A stretch of DNA of 64,000 bases from the NCBI RefSeq assembly GCF_006345805.1, contig NC_043004.1, positions 81,592,001-81,656,000 of the forward strand, written 5' to 3'. Below, in pieces: positions 38,022-50,710 of this stretch (positions are counted from its first letter, which is position 1; each line of letters starts with the position of its first letter). This stretch comes from Octopus sinensis. Its lineage: Eukaryota. A model generated the notes under the pieces. That model saw only the letters and a list, made by a program, of their open reading frames with translations, was not told the origin of the DNA and did no database searches. Both the position numbers and the translations under genes were made by a program.

Positions 38022-38240
38022 ATTTCTGAACAGGAGAAAGACCAGTTGGTGCCGAAGCTACTGAAATGTGGTCGTGGCACTGTCAGCTCTGACTACTACA
38101 AAGTCTGCTTCACAGATGTTCTTGACTTGGTCAGATCACGAAAAGTCTACTTGCAGAGAGGTTATGCCTATGTCCAGTTTAACGACCTCATCTCACTAAT
38201 TAGTAATCACTTCAGGGAACATCTCTCAAAAGGTTTAGCT
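38022..38240 (+). CDS. PRIM2: PRIM2 coding exon 5 (ISEQEKDQL...DVLDLVRSRKVYLQRGYAYV...LSKGLA)
   Basis: cttcag acceptor, gtaagt donor, 219 nt, phase 0/0; LDLxRxRKVYLxxGxAYV motif. Confidence 0.95.
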
Positions 38241-38930
38241 GTAAGTTTATAAATTTTTTTTGATGTTCATCTTTTTTTTTTTTCTTGTTTCAGACATTCA
38301 ACTATGGCCATGCTGGAGTGCCACTTTGAAGGGAATTTTTAATCGATTATATTAATCCCAGGACGTATTTGTGTCTAGTTCTTGTTTCATTAATTGTGAT
38401 TGAAGTGGAACAGTTGCCTCTTGGTCTGAAGCAGTGTTTCCTAATGAGGGGCATATGTTAGCGTGGGCTGTGAAAACCTGAGTGCATACTTGTCAATCCT
38501 CAGCCTATCTTTGGACATTGAAACAAAAAACAAAAACCATCGCCACGCAATATTTATACTTAAACCATGGGAATCGATATAGCTATGACCAATCAGTGTA
38601 CCGAGTGCAGTATCGGCACCTGTTAGGCGTTTGTTTCTCTGTTTCAATATCTATTGTCCAAGAGAATTATTGATTCATTTTTCTTTGTTTTATTTGGTCA
38701 AATGTGGATTCAGTGCAGTTGACAATTTGCTGGAAGCCAAGAGAAACTGGCTTGAAATTACAAAACATGGTGATTTGCAGCTGAAGTTAAAGAAACTGTC
38801 TCCTCAAATCAAGGATCTGTGCTGTACGCACCAAGTACAGGGTTCTTACTAAACGAGTTGAGGTAGCCGTTAGCCAGGTAATTGAATTAAAAATCGTGTT
38901 TCTATATTCAAAAACCAATGTTGATGGGTA

Positions 38931-39208
38931 CCAGATTTTTTGTTATTAAAAAGTGCAGCACTGGAAAATTTGTTATCAAAAACTGGGGCACAGGAAAATT
39001 TGATATTAAAAAGTGGGGCAGCGGAAAATTTGTTATCAAAAACTGGGGCACAGGAAAATTTGATATTAAAAAGTGGGGCACTGGAAAATTTGTTATTAAA
39101 AAGTGGGGCACCGGAAAATTTGATATTAAAAAGTGGGGCACTGGAAAATTTGTTATTAAAAAGTGGGGCACCGGAAAATTTGATATTAAAAAGTGGGGCA
39201 CTGGAAAA
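38931..39208. repeat. 30-bp minisatellite with 60-bp dimeric structure
   Basis: Unit tg(a/t)tattaaaaagtggggcac(t/c/a)ggaaaatt, about 9 copies. Confidence 0.95.
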
Positions 39209-39373
39209 AATGGTTGGGAAACACAGATCTAGAGATCTGCCACTCAGTGCACTGTTTTAGACCACACACACACACACTACTATTACAGCAAACAACAGTT
39301 TCAAGAACTGCTGTACTTTCTTGACCATATGTCCATTGTAGTCTTCAATTCTTTCTGTTTCCTTTTCCTTCAG

Positions 39374-39517
39374 GTTACCTGCCGTTCTTTGCCTCATCTG
39401 GAGGAAGATGATCGTCTTTTACCGTTGCTGAATAATTTGAGTCGAGCTTACCTTGGTGAAGATTTCAGTGGTCAGAAAAACAATGCTGGCGCCGTCACAA
39501 TTGATATGCTGGATCCC
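39374..39517 (+). CDS. PRIM2: PRIM2 coding exon 6 (VTCRSLPHLEEDDRLLPLLNNLSRAYLG...IDMLDP)
   Basis: cttcag acceptor, gtaatt donor, 144 nt, phase 0/0. Confidence 0.93.
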
Positions 39518-41189
39518 GTAATTATTATTCTTTTATTCTTTTATTTGTTTCAGTCATTAGAGTGTAGTCATGCTGGAACACTGCCTAGAAGAATCTTTAG
39601 TCGAATCAGTAGACCCCAGTATGTTTTTGTTTTAGCTTGGTACTTATTCTATCAGGTTCTTTTGCTGAACCACTAAGTTACAGAGATGTAAACACACCAA
39701 CACTGGTTGTCAAGCCATTGATGGGTAGAAATACAGACACAAAGACACACTTATGTGTGTGTGTGTGTGTTGCGAAGGATAAATTGTTGCTATTTTTATA
39801 TTTTAAATTTTGCACATGCGCATTGTTTGTTTTTTGATTTTGACTATGCAGTATAGTAAGGTCAGTTGGGCACCATCTGTGAGAAAAATAACACCATGAT
39901 GCAATTAACTCTGCCAGAAATTTGGAAATGGCATACTGTACTACTTGGTATTCGCACCAGAAGCTCCAATACGAATTTTTCAAAGTGTTTAGGTGTCAAT
40001 CTGTCTATAGCTGTCTCTCTTCCTTTTACAATCTTTGGTGTTACCCTCTCTCTCTCTCTTATCTGTCCTCTTTCACTTCCAGTACTCCTTTAATCTCTTC
40101 CTTCTTCCTCTATTATACTGCTCATGCCTTTTCTATTCAATCATCTCACCAATAATCGTCATATAGCTGTTTCTGTATTCTCTGTCACTCTCCATCTCCT
40201 TTTTTCCTCTATCACCCTCTTGCTTATCTCACTCCAACACTTTTATATCAACCTCTCTTCTATCACCCTCTTGGCCATGTTACTTCAATTGAATGTCCTT
40301 ATCAATAACCCTCATGTAACTGTTTATTTTACCCCCCAGCCTCACTTCTCTTACTTTCTTATTTTTGTCAATCTGGTTCTTCTCTTTTATTCTTCTTCTA
40401 TCACTTTCTTGCTCTTCTTCTCTTCTCACCTTGTTGCATGGTGAAATGTTATCTATCTGATCCCTACTGGAAATGAAAGCTTCAGTATGTTTGCAGGTTG
40501 GAGAAAAAATTAATAACCAGAACATAAATTAATGAATATCTGCATTTATGTGTTTTTATCGGTGTGTGTGTATGTATGAGTGTACATGTGTGTGTGTGTG
40601 GACATGGAAGTGTATGTGGACATAGAAGTGTGTGTGTGTGTGTGGGTTTGGAAGTGTGTGTGGGCTTGGAAGTGTGTGTGTATGTATGTATGAATCATCA
40701 TTTAACATCTGCTTTCCATGCTGGCATGGGTTGGACAGTTTGACTGAGGACTGGCAAACCGGAAGGCTGCACCACGCTCCAATCTGATCTGACAAGGTTT
40801 ATATAGCTGGATGCCCTTCCTAATGCCAACCACTCCAAGAGTGTAGTGAGTGCTTTTTATGTGCCACCGGCACAGGAGCCACTTAGGCTGTCCTGGTATT
40901 GATCACATTTGGATAGTGCTCTTTATGTGCTACCGGCATGGGCCAGTCAGGAGGTACTGGCATCGGCCATGTTCCAATGGTGGTTTTTACATGCCACCAG
41001 CATGGGTGCCAGTCAGTGGGGTACTGGCATCGGCCACGTTCCCATGGTGGTTTTTATGTGCCACCGGCACGGGGGTCAGTCAGTGGGGTACTAGCATCGG
41101 GGGTAATTGTAAATATATTTTTGTGTACATATAAATGCATATGCATCTACTTATTTTCCTCACTTCTCTTTTGATCTGGTTTCTTCCAG

Positions 41190-41372
41190 TTGTCTCGGAA
41201 GTCATTCCCCCCCTGCATGCAGCAGCTCCACCAAAGTTTGCGCCAGAATCATCACCTGCGGCACGGCGGACGCTTACAATACGGTCTATTCTTGAAGGGC
41301 ATCGGTCTCCTGTTAGAAGATGCTTTGCGCTTCTGGGGTGCAGAACTTTCACAGTCTGTCGGTATAGATAAG
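41190..41372 (+). CDS. PRIM2: PRIM2 coding exon 7 ([14 protein letters not shown]...[19 protein letters not shown]...GIDK)
   Basis: ttccag acceptor, gtatgt donor, 183 nt; FPPCM (first Fe-S Cys) and [18 protein letters not shown]. Confidence 0.97.
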
Positions 41373-43185
41373 GTATGTACATTTACATTATATTCATATC
41401 ATCATCATCATCAGTTAATGTCTATTTTCTATGCTGGCATGGGTTGGACACTTCGACAAAACCTAGTAAGCTGCATGACCTCACCAAGCTCTAGTGAGGT
41501 CTGCTTTGGAATGATTTCTAAAGCTTGATGCCCGTCCTAATGCCAATCACTTTACAGAGTGTATTGGGTGTTTTTTACGGCTCACTGGCATTAGTGTGGT
41601 TGCCAAATGGCTTGCAGGATATGAAAGGAACAGGAAAAAGCCCTCTCTATAAAGTGGTGGTGGGGAGGATTATGCTGGGTGTTGAGAGGCTAACTTATAA
41701 ATAGAGGGACAGGCTCAGGTGTCTTGTATAAGAAGAGATACATTTTTACCCTACATTACATAAGTGTGGGCAGGGGTAGCTAGGAGGAAGACAAGGTACT
41801 AGAAGGTGAGCATAGGAGAGGATACGGACAGTAGATATAGGGATGGGGGTGGGGAGGAGATGGTTATAGTTTCACGAGAGTGTGAGGAGAGTAACAGATG
41901 GTGCTAGGGGTGGTAGGGAGCAATGTAGTGAATGATAAACAAGGGTGGAAGGGGAGAGTCTGACAGAGAATTACATATATTCTCCGATGACAGTATGCCC
42001 GACTTAAGGAATGAAGTAGATAAGACCTGGGCTACATATGTTTCATAGCAAATGGCCAGGTTATCAGATGTTGTTATATGCCATCAGTTGATATGTGTTT
42101 TGCATTGTTCTAATCTTTTGTATCATCATCGTTTAACATCCGCTTTCCATGCTAGCATGGGTTGGACGAATGACTGAGGGCTGGTGAACCAGATGGCTGC
42201 ACCAGGCTTCAATCTTGATCTGGCAGAGTTTCTACTGCTAGACGCCCTTCCTAATGCCAACCACTCCGAGAGTGTAGTGGGTGCTTTTATGTGACACCAG
42301 CATGGGGCCAGTCAAGCGGTACTGGCAATGACTTTGCTCGAATCTTTTACACATGCTACCGGTATAGGTGCCAGGAAGGCGATGCTGGTAACGATCACGC
42401 TCGAATGGTGTCTTTTACGTGCCACTGGCACGGAGGCCAGATAGCCGTTCTGGCAACGTTCACGCTCGGATGGTGCTCTTAATACCCTACTAGCACGGGG
42501 CTCGAGTGCCAGTAAGGCGACGCTGGTAACGATCATGTTCGAATGGTGCCTTTTAAGTGCCACTGGCACGGAAGCTGGTTAGCCGCTCCTGTATGTGTAT
42601 AATAACACACACACACACACATATATATAGCATCATCATCGTTTAATGTCCATCTTCCATGCAGGAACTGGCCAGGTAGAAAAGCTACTGTATGCTCCTC
42701 TGTCTGTTTTGGCAGCGTTTTTATGGCTGGATGCCCTTCCTAACACTCTGCAGAGTGGACTCGGTGCTTTTTACGTAGCACTAGCACAGGCATTGTTAGT
42801 TTTGGCAGGATTTTTTACAGCTGGATGCCCTTCCAGATGCCAACCACTTTACAGTGCGGACTGGATGCTTTTTATGTGGCACCAGCACTTGGCAGGGTCA
42901 CCGAATAACTTGCAAGACAAGGAATTATGAGAGGGGCATATATAATATGTAAGGTGAGTGGACAAGCAAAAGGAAAGGGCGCTCAACACAGTAAGAGTCA
43001 TATTTTTTTTATTTAAAACACTGATTCGTCTCAATGCAACTTTGTCTTGTAGGCTTGTTTCAGAAATTTAGCTCAAATAATAATATACGTCTATACATAA
43101 ATGTGTGTGTATATATATATATATATATGTGCATGTGTGCGTATCTATATATTTATATATATATGTCTGTGTATATAAATTGCAG

Positions 43186-43312
43186 TTTCAAAAAGCCTAC
43201 GCGTATAACATTCGGTACAACTATGGAAAGGAAGGAAAACGAGCCAATTTTACGCCATACAGCTGTGCTAAAATCATTCTAAGCAATCACCCAGCAAATG
43301 GAGACTACCATG
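43186..43312 (+). CDS. PRIM2: PRIM2 coding exon 8 ([31 protein letters not shown]...GDYH)
   Basis: ttgcag acceptor, gtgtgt donor, 127 nt, phase 0/1; YNIRxxxGKEGKR and second Fe-S Cys. Confidence 0.96.
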
Positions 43313-43382
43313 GTGTGTATTGTACATTGTTTTATTATAAATATATGTGTGATGTTGTATTAAGATAAAACATGATGTAAGT

Positions 43383-43720
43383 ATAGAGTAGTGCTCAATG
43401 CCTAGAACATAGAGTAGTGCTCAATGCATAGAATATAGTAGTGCTCAATGCATAGAACATAGAGTAGTGCCCAATGCATAGAATATAGAGCAGTGCCCAA
43501 TGCATAGAACATAGAGTAGTGCTCAATGCATAGAATGTAGAGCAGTGCCAAATGCATAGAACATAGAGTAGTGCTCAATGCTTAGAGTATAGAGCAGTGT
43601 CCAATGCATAGAACATAGAGCAGTGCCCAATGCATAGAATATAGAGCGGTGCCCAATGCATAGAACATAGAGTAGTGCTCAATGCATAGAATATAGAGCA
43701 GTGCTCAATGCATAGAGTAA
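43383..43720. repeat. 26-bp minisatellite with 52-bp dimeric structure
   Basis: Unit atagagtagtgctcaatgcatagaa(c/t), about 13 copies. Confidence 0.95.
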
Positions 43721-44456
43721 TATAGAGGATGTGGCAGTTATGGTGTTTAGGGATTGGAAAGTTTGAATATATGACTGTTTGGATGTGTCTGGTTAAACCT
43801 TCTAATATCACCATATCTGAGACTGCTCCTGGTTTTAGGATGCAAGCTTTGTCTTTTAAAGCAGTTTTAATTAAAACCTTCCATCAAAATTTTATGTTAA
43901 TTTATGCGGCAAACACCAGATTAATAGTGTTAGTTATTTTATTAAATTTTTCATTATTTTCAAAATTAATTGAAAGAAGGTTAGTATATTTCCACATAAA
44001 TATGGTAACAAAAGGGTTTTAAAAAAGGAGCTACATTTCTTAGCAAGAGCGATTCTATGCAGCCAACTGCCAAATCTTGCCAAGTTCCTTACCAGAGACT
44101 CTTTCTGGTTTCTTCTTTTTCATCGTTTAACGTCCGTTTTCCATGCTAGCATGGGTTGGACAGTTCAACCGGGGTCTGGGAAGCCAGGAGGCTGCACCAG
44201 GCTCCAGTCTGATCTGGTAGTGTTTCTACAGCTGGATGCCCTTCCTAATGCCAACCACTCTGTGAGTATAGTGGGTGCTTTTTACACGCCACTGGCACAG
44301 GGGCCAGGCGAGGCTGGCAAACAGCTACGATCAGTTGGTGCTTTTTACATGTCACCGGCGTGGACGCCAGTCGAGGTGGCGCTGGCATCGGCCATGTTCA
44401 GATGGTGCTTTTTATGTGCCACAATAAATTCTTTGTTTTAAAATTATCTAATTTAA

Positions 44457-44675
44457 CCCTTTAGTGTTCAGATTATTCTATCAAACATAATGCTTATTGA
44501 TTCCCATTGATTTGAATTAATCATGCATTATCTCATATCTTCAAGATCTTGATGGTGTAATTACTTAATGTAGAATAACATTGTAGGGTAAGTGTGAGGG
44601 CCTGGATCTGGTCAGTTTGAACATAAAACAGATTAAATATTTTGGCCAGATATGGCCGGTTTAAATACTAAAGGG
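44457..44675. mobile_element. piggyBac-type MITE-1, uninterrupted
   Basis: TTAA|CCCTTTAGTG ... TACTAAAGGG|TTAA, 219 bp. Confidence 0.88.
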
Positions 44676-45213
44676 TTAAAAGCTTCCATCAGAATCCCAT
44701 GTAAATTTCTGTTCTCAACACCAGGTTAATAAAGAAAATGGAAGTTTTTTTTACTGAATTCATTATTTCCAAAATTTATTGAAACAAAAGCTATATCATA
44801 ATCTCCGTTGTTATTCACTCTCCAGTCTCCATGCCGGCATGGGTTGGATGGTTTGACATGGAGCTGGCTGGCAGAGAGCTGTCCGGACTCCGACTGTCTG
44901 TTGTGGCATTGTTTCCACAGCTGGATGCCCTTCCTGATGCCAACCACTGAAGAGAGTGCACTGGATGCTGGGTGCGTTTGCACAGCATCGACACGGGTGC
45001 ATCAATGCAGCACCAACTTGTATCAAAGGTGTGCTGCGTGTATGTGTGTGTGTTAAGTGGATTGGTTTTTGCAAGTTGGTCTGTTTTGTATTTTATTTAG
45101 GATAGATTCATTTAGATAGGTTGATATATTTAGGTAGATTAATCATCTTTACTATGTGAAAATTTCGGTTTGTATCTTCCATGCGCAGAGCTGACTCGAA
45201 ATACATTCCTATT

Positions 45214-45447
45214 AAGGCGGCGAGCTGGCAGAAACGTTATCACGCCGGGCGAAATGCTTAGCAGTATTTCGTCTGCCGCTACGTTCTGGGTTCAAATTCC
45301 GCCGCGGTCGACTTTGCCTTTCATCCTTTCGGGGTCGATTAAGTAAGTACCAGTTACGCACTGGGGTCGATATAATCGACTTAATCCGTTTGTCTGTCCT
45401 TGTTTGTCCCCTCTGTGTTTATCCCCTTGTGGGTAGTAAAGAAATAG
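45214..45447 (+). mobile_element. SINE family A, representative full copy (others approx. 13622-13853-, 14970-15205-, 16350-16535+, 48295-48525+, 57581-57813-, 59597-59830-, 63812-64000+)
   Basis: Many near-identical copies with a tRNA-like head and gtcgactttgcctttcatcctttcggggtcgataaattaagtaccag body; ends approximate. Confidence 0.88.
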
Positions 45448-46199
45448 GTATTTCATGTCTTTACGTGCTGAGTTCAAAATTCCACCGAGGTCGACTGTGC
45501 CTTTCATCTTTCGGGGTTGATAAATTAAGTATCAGTTGCATACTGAGGTCGATCCAATCGACTGGCCCCCCCTCCAAAATTTCGGGCCTTGTGCCTAGAT
45601 TAGAAAAGGAATACCTTCCTATTATAAAATTAGCCTTCTTAAAATGTTAGACGCGAATTGATCCAAGGGAAGTTACTCTCTATTTTTTTAATTTCAAGGG
45701 AAGTAACTCACCTTTTTCAATTTTCCTTTCTGTTCCTGCTTCATGTTTCAAATATGATTCAGTTATTTTTTTTACCAATAGATTTTTCTTTTCTAAATTA
45801 GCAGTTTTAGCGAGTTGGGTGGGGGTAAGTAGTTCCTATAATATTGCTTCCTGTTAGCTTGTTAATTTCCTTCATACGGTTTCTATTTCGATTCTCTAAC
45901 ATGAATACATAACGTAGATAGGGGTTATAAATCCAAGCTGTGTCCTTACGAAGCACAACTGTGTATTTCAGTTCTGCAAAATATTTTCATCCTCTATTTG
46001 AAAGGCGGTGCTCCAGCATAGCCCCAACCTGTGGCTAAAACCAATAAAAGAATCTCAGGAGTTATTTATATGAGATTTAAGTTTTCCCACTTGTATAAGG
46101 ATGTAATTCCAATTGTTAAACAAACATGGAATATGGAATAAGTAATACCAGAAAATTTTCAGCTTTCTCTTTTAATATATATATGTATATATATATGCA

Positions 46200-46720
46200 T
46201 ATATATATACAATACAAAATGGGACAAGAATGCAAAACATCCAGACAGCTAGGTGATACAAAAAGGGACAGCAAAACATCCAGATAGATAATACAAAGAA
46301 AACAAGGACGGGTCATTCGAAGTTTTCTTTCATCAGTCAAGGACCAGATTATCCTTGCAATTTCGGCTTATTATTCTTGAGATTGCTCCAATCTGACTGG
46401 CCTCAAGAAAATCTAAGCCAAGAGCACTAGATTCCTTGGAAGAAAGCAGCGAATGTATACAAAAACAAGGATGGAAAACTAATGGACGTTACACAAATAC
46501 AATAAAGATAATAACAGGACATAGCAACAGGTGTCTTTGACTAAGGACGAATTGAATTAAGCTGGCGCATGTGGATATGAAGCCTTACGGCAGAGATACA
46601 AAACTTTCACAAACACAGGGAAGAGTATCGATGTTGCATGGACGGCAGTCAGACCAAGAAAGAACAGGCTAGGCTGACCGGCGGTTACGCGGGAAGAGAA
46701 GAGAGAGAAGTAGAAGCAGA
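46200..46720. mobile_element. Retroelement terminal fragment (Penelope-like by inference); same family as the palindrome at 20855-20998
   Basis: aatacaaaatgggacaagaatgcaaaacat...aaggacgggtcattcgaag matches the palindrome arm; next to (TA)n; class assignment unverified. Confidence 0.45.
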
Positions 46721-46848
46721 GGAAGAGATGATTCAAAATTGTACAAAAGATGATACAAACTTACTGTTTTCAAGTGATCTAAATTAAAACCTTCCATCAA
46801 AATTTCATGTTAATTATGTCTGAAACATCATCTTAATAATGGCAGTTA

Positions 46849-47225
46849 TCTCTCTATATATAAACGGCAAAATGTCTCTGTGTGTGTATGTGTGTGTGTC
46901 CTTTATACAAATCCGCAATTTTTCAGTTAGAGGGCTCGCACTTTCTATGGTCATTCAAAACCGTCCAAGGGTGGTCGTGCACATTTTTACATTTCCCCAG
47001 TCACACCGCAAAGCCATTAAAAAAATTAATAGAAGTGACTTTTTTGTGAATTTTCTATCCAAAACCCAATCAAAATGCCCGAAACTTGTTACACCATTTG
47101 AAAGCTTGCTAGCTGCATGTGATTGGTCGGAGATTTGGACAGTACTCACGTGTATGTGCGCACGCACGCAGCTGTATATGCATGCATTAGCACTATGACC
47201 TGGCGTCGCTGGGTCATAGTGCTAG
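46849..47225 (+). mobile_element. Non-autonomous Helitron inserted in a MITE-2 copy
   Basis: A|TCTCTCTATATATAAAC start; hairpin TAGCACTATGACC...GGTCATAGTGCTA; CTAG|T end. Confidence 0.88.
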
Positions 47226-47530
47226 TTCTAGTAAATTCTTCATTATTTTCGACAGAAATATGGTAACAAAACGGTTAACCTCAGGACTCAACAGACATAC
47301 AAGTAGAGGCATTCTAGCCAAAGCCATCACATCTTTGTTTTCACATTTTGTATTTGTATTAATTTCTTCTTGATGTTGGGTGTAATTTGAGGGAGATTTG
47401 TCTGCTATTTCTAGCAAAGCAAGTGACCAGGTGGAGGCTCCTTTGCCGTGTGTGCATGTGTGTGTGTTGTGTTGGCAAGTTTAGTAATTTCACCCTTTTG
47501 TCTCTTAATAATTATATTTTCTCGTGTCAG

Positions 47531-47613
47531 GTTGTGTTTTCCGCCATACTGATCCTGCTTTGTTGCGACAGAAATTCCAAGGTCAAGGAATGCCGGCTGA
47601 AAATGTTGCAAAG
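47531..47613 (+). CDS. PRIM2: PRIM2 coding exon 9 (GCVFRHTDPALLRQKFQGQGMPAENVAK)
   Basis: tgtcag acceptor, gtaaga donor, 83 nt, phase 1/0; third Fe-S Cys. Confidence 0.93.
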
Positions 47614-47822
47614 GTAAGAAAAGTCCAGAGAAAATACAGGAACATTAAAAAAAAGAGAGAAATGTTGGCTGCGTGATAAGATGCTTGCTTCCCAACCACA
47701 TGGCTCTGGGTTCAATCCCACTGCATTGCACATTGCTCAGGGTGTCTTATAGCTTCAGGCCTATCAAAACCTTGCAAGTCAAATTGATAGAGGGAAACTG
47801 AAAGAAGCCCATTGTGTGTATA

Positions 47823-47853
<31 letters not shown>

Positions 47854-48588
47854 CATCATCGTTTAGCGTCCGATTTCCATGCTAGCATGGGTTGGACGGT
47901 TCAACAGGGGTCTGGGAAGCCAGAAGGCTGCACCAGGTCCAGTTTGATCTGGCAGAGTTTCTATGGCTGGATGCCCTTCCTAACGCCAACCACTCCATGA
48001 AAATGGAGGACAAACACCAAACAGAAGTGTCTTTTGCACTAGTAAGCCATTATTTAATTAGTAATAAAGGGCAAATATTTGGGGGAGGTGGGGGTAAGTC
48101 GATTACATTGAGAACCCAGTGTTCAACTGGTACTTAGTTTATCAACCCTGAAAGGATGAATGTCAAAGTCAACCTTCGCAGGATTTGAACTCAGAACGTA
48201 GTGAGAGGCGAAATACCACTAAGCATTTCATCTAGCATGCTAACAATTCTGCCTTAATTATTATTATAATAATGATAATAATAATAATAATAAAGATGGC
48301 GAGCTGGCAGGAATGTTAGCATGCCGGGCGAAATGCTTAGCAGTATTTCGTCTGCCGTTACATTCTGAGTTCAATTTCGGCCAAGGTTGACTTTGCCTTT
48401 CATTCTTTCGGGGTCAATTAAATAAGCACCAGTTATGCACTGGGGTCGATGTAAATGACTTAATCCCTTTGTCTGTCCTTGTTTGTCCCCTCTATGTCAA
48501 GTCCCCTGTGGATAACAAAGAAATACATAATAATTATAATAATAATAATGGTAAATACCTTAATTTATTTGCATGTTTTCTGTTGTAG

Positions 48589-48745
48589 ATTATGAATTAT
48601 GTGACCGAGGGACATTACCAGTTGGCTTGTATGAAGCATTTTGAAATCACTCAAGGTGTCAAAGAATGCAGTTTTGGTCTTCAACATCCCAATCAATATT
48701 TTGAAGAAAGCCAGAAAATTCTTAATGGAGAAGTAAAAACAAATG
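48589..48745 (+). CDS. PRIM2: PRIM2 coding exon 10 (IMNYVTEGHYQLACMKHFE...HPNQYFEESQKILNG..)
   Basis: ttgtag acceptor, gtcagt donor, 157 nt, phase 0/1; HYQxAC (fourth Fe-S Cys) and HPNQYFEES. Confidence 0.94.
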
Positions 48746-48887
48746 GTCAGTGTTCTGGAACCCCTTTAATTTTGGTGCTTATTAAGTGTGTATTTGTGTG
48801 TGTGTGTAGTAATTGTCTGTATGGTTGTGTTTGTTTATGTATGTGAATGTGAGTGTATGTGTGTGTATATATATATATATATATATA

Positions 48888-50468
48888 CGAATGGGAACGT
48901 GAAACTGAGTAACAGCTTTTGTTATATTTCTGCTGCTTTTATATAAAGTATATATCATCATCATCATCATCGTTTAACGTCCGTTTTGCATGCTAGCATG
49001 GGTTGGACGGTTCGAACAGGGTCTGGGAGCCATGGAGGCTGCACCAGGCTCTAGTCTGATTTGGTAGTGTTTCTACAGCTGGATGCCCTTCCTAACGCCA
49101 ACCACTCCGTGAGTGTAGTGGGTGTTTTTTATGTGCCACTGGCACAGGGGCCAGAGCAGGCTGGCAAACAGCAACGATCAGTTGGTGCTTTTACTGAAAT
49201 GGTTGACTGAACATGTTCAAACGGTCAGGTAGAGGAACCTACAAAAATTTCTAAAACCAGTCATGTGACTATTCTCTACCAATCAAATCCTATTCAAAAC
49301 ATTAATTTGAGCCATGAATTCTCTATAAAAATAGGACAAGCTTCAAACACCAGAAGCAAGACAGCTTTGAAATAAGCCATGTCTTTCTGTTTCAACTTTT
49401 TCAAGATCAGTGTAAACTGTGAAACCAGTTAAAGCTTCAAATATATTAATAGAAAATATTTTAACTATTCTCAGTGCATTTTCAATTTCTATTTTTCCTA
49501 TATTTCTGTCTGTGTGGAATAAAATAACTTTGTTTTGTATGTGTATGTGTATATATATATATATTATATATATATATATATATACAGTAGGCACATGCAT
49601 GGCTGTATGGTTAGGAAGCTTGCTTCCTAGCCACATGGTTTTGGGTTCAGTTCTTGGGTAAGTGCTTTCTGTTACAGCCTTGGGCTGACCGAAGCCTTGT
49701 CATTGAATTTGGTCGACAGAAGTTTCCGTTGTGTGTGTACATGGGTGTGTAAATGCGTGTGCCTGCTAACAGAGACAAGGAAATATATATATATATAATA
49801 TATATATATATACGAATGGGAACGTGAAACTGAGTAACAGCTTTTGTTATATTTCTGCTGCTTTTATATAAAGTATATATCATCATCATCATCATCGTTT
49901 AACGTCCGTTTTGCATGCTAGCATGGGTTGGACGGTTCGAACAGGGTCTGGGAGCCATGGAGGCTGCACCAGGCTCTAGTCTGATTTGGTAGTGTTTCTA
50001 CAGCTGGATGCCCTTCCTAACGCCAACCACTCCGTGAGTGTAGTGGGTGTTTTTTATGTGCCACTGGCACAGGGGCCAGAGCAGGCTGGCAAACAGCAAC
50101 GATCAGTTGGTGCTTTTACTGAAATGGTTGACTGAACATGTTCAAACGGTCAGGTAGAGGAACCTACAAAAATTTCTAAAACCAGTCATGTGACTATTCT
50201 CTACCAATCAAATCCTATTCAAAACATTAATTTGAGCCATGAATTCTCTATAAAAATAGGACAAGCTTCAAACACCAGAAGCAAGACAGCTTTGAAATAA
50301 GCCATGTCTTTCTGTTTCAACTTTTTCAAGATCAGTGTAAACTGTGAAACCAGTTAAAGCTTCAAATATATTAATAGAAAATATTTTAACTATTCTCAGT
50401 GCATTTTCAATTTCTATTTTTCCTATATTTCTGTCTGTGTGGAATAAAATAACTTTGTTTTGTATGTG

Positions 50469-50517
<49 letters not shown>

Positions 50518-50710
50518 TAGGCACATGCATGGCTGTATGGTTAGGAAGCTTGCTTCCTAGCCACATGGTTTTGGGTTCAGTTCTTGGGTAAGTGCTTTCT
50601 GTTACAGCCTTGGGCTGACCGAAGCCTTGTCATTGAATTTGGTCGACAGAAGTTTCCGTTGTGTGTGTACATGGGTGTGTAAATGCGTGTGCCTGCTAAC
50701 AGAGACAAGG

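Noticed and set aside
38908-39260. Repeat-protein ORFs (KKWGTGKFVI)n, and the CRISPR-like look of this and the 43383-43720 array
   Set aside because: Head-to-tail 30-bp and 26-bp units with no unique spacers, eukaryotic intron context and no cas genes; the open frames follow from the 30-bp period.
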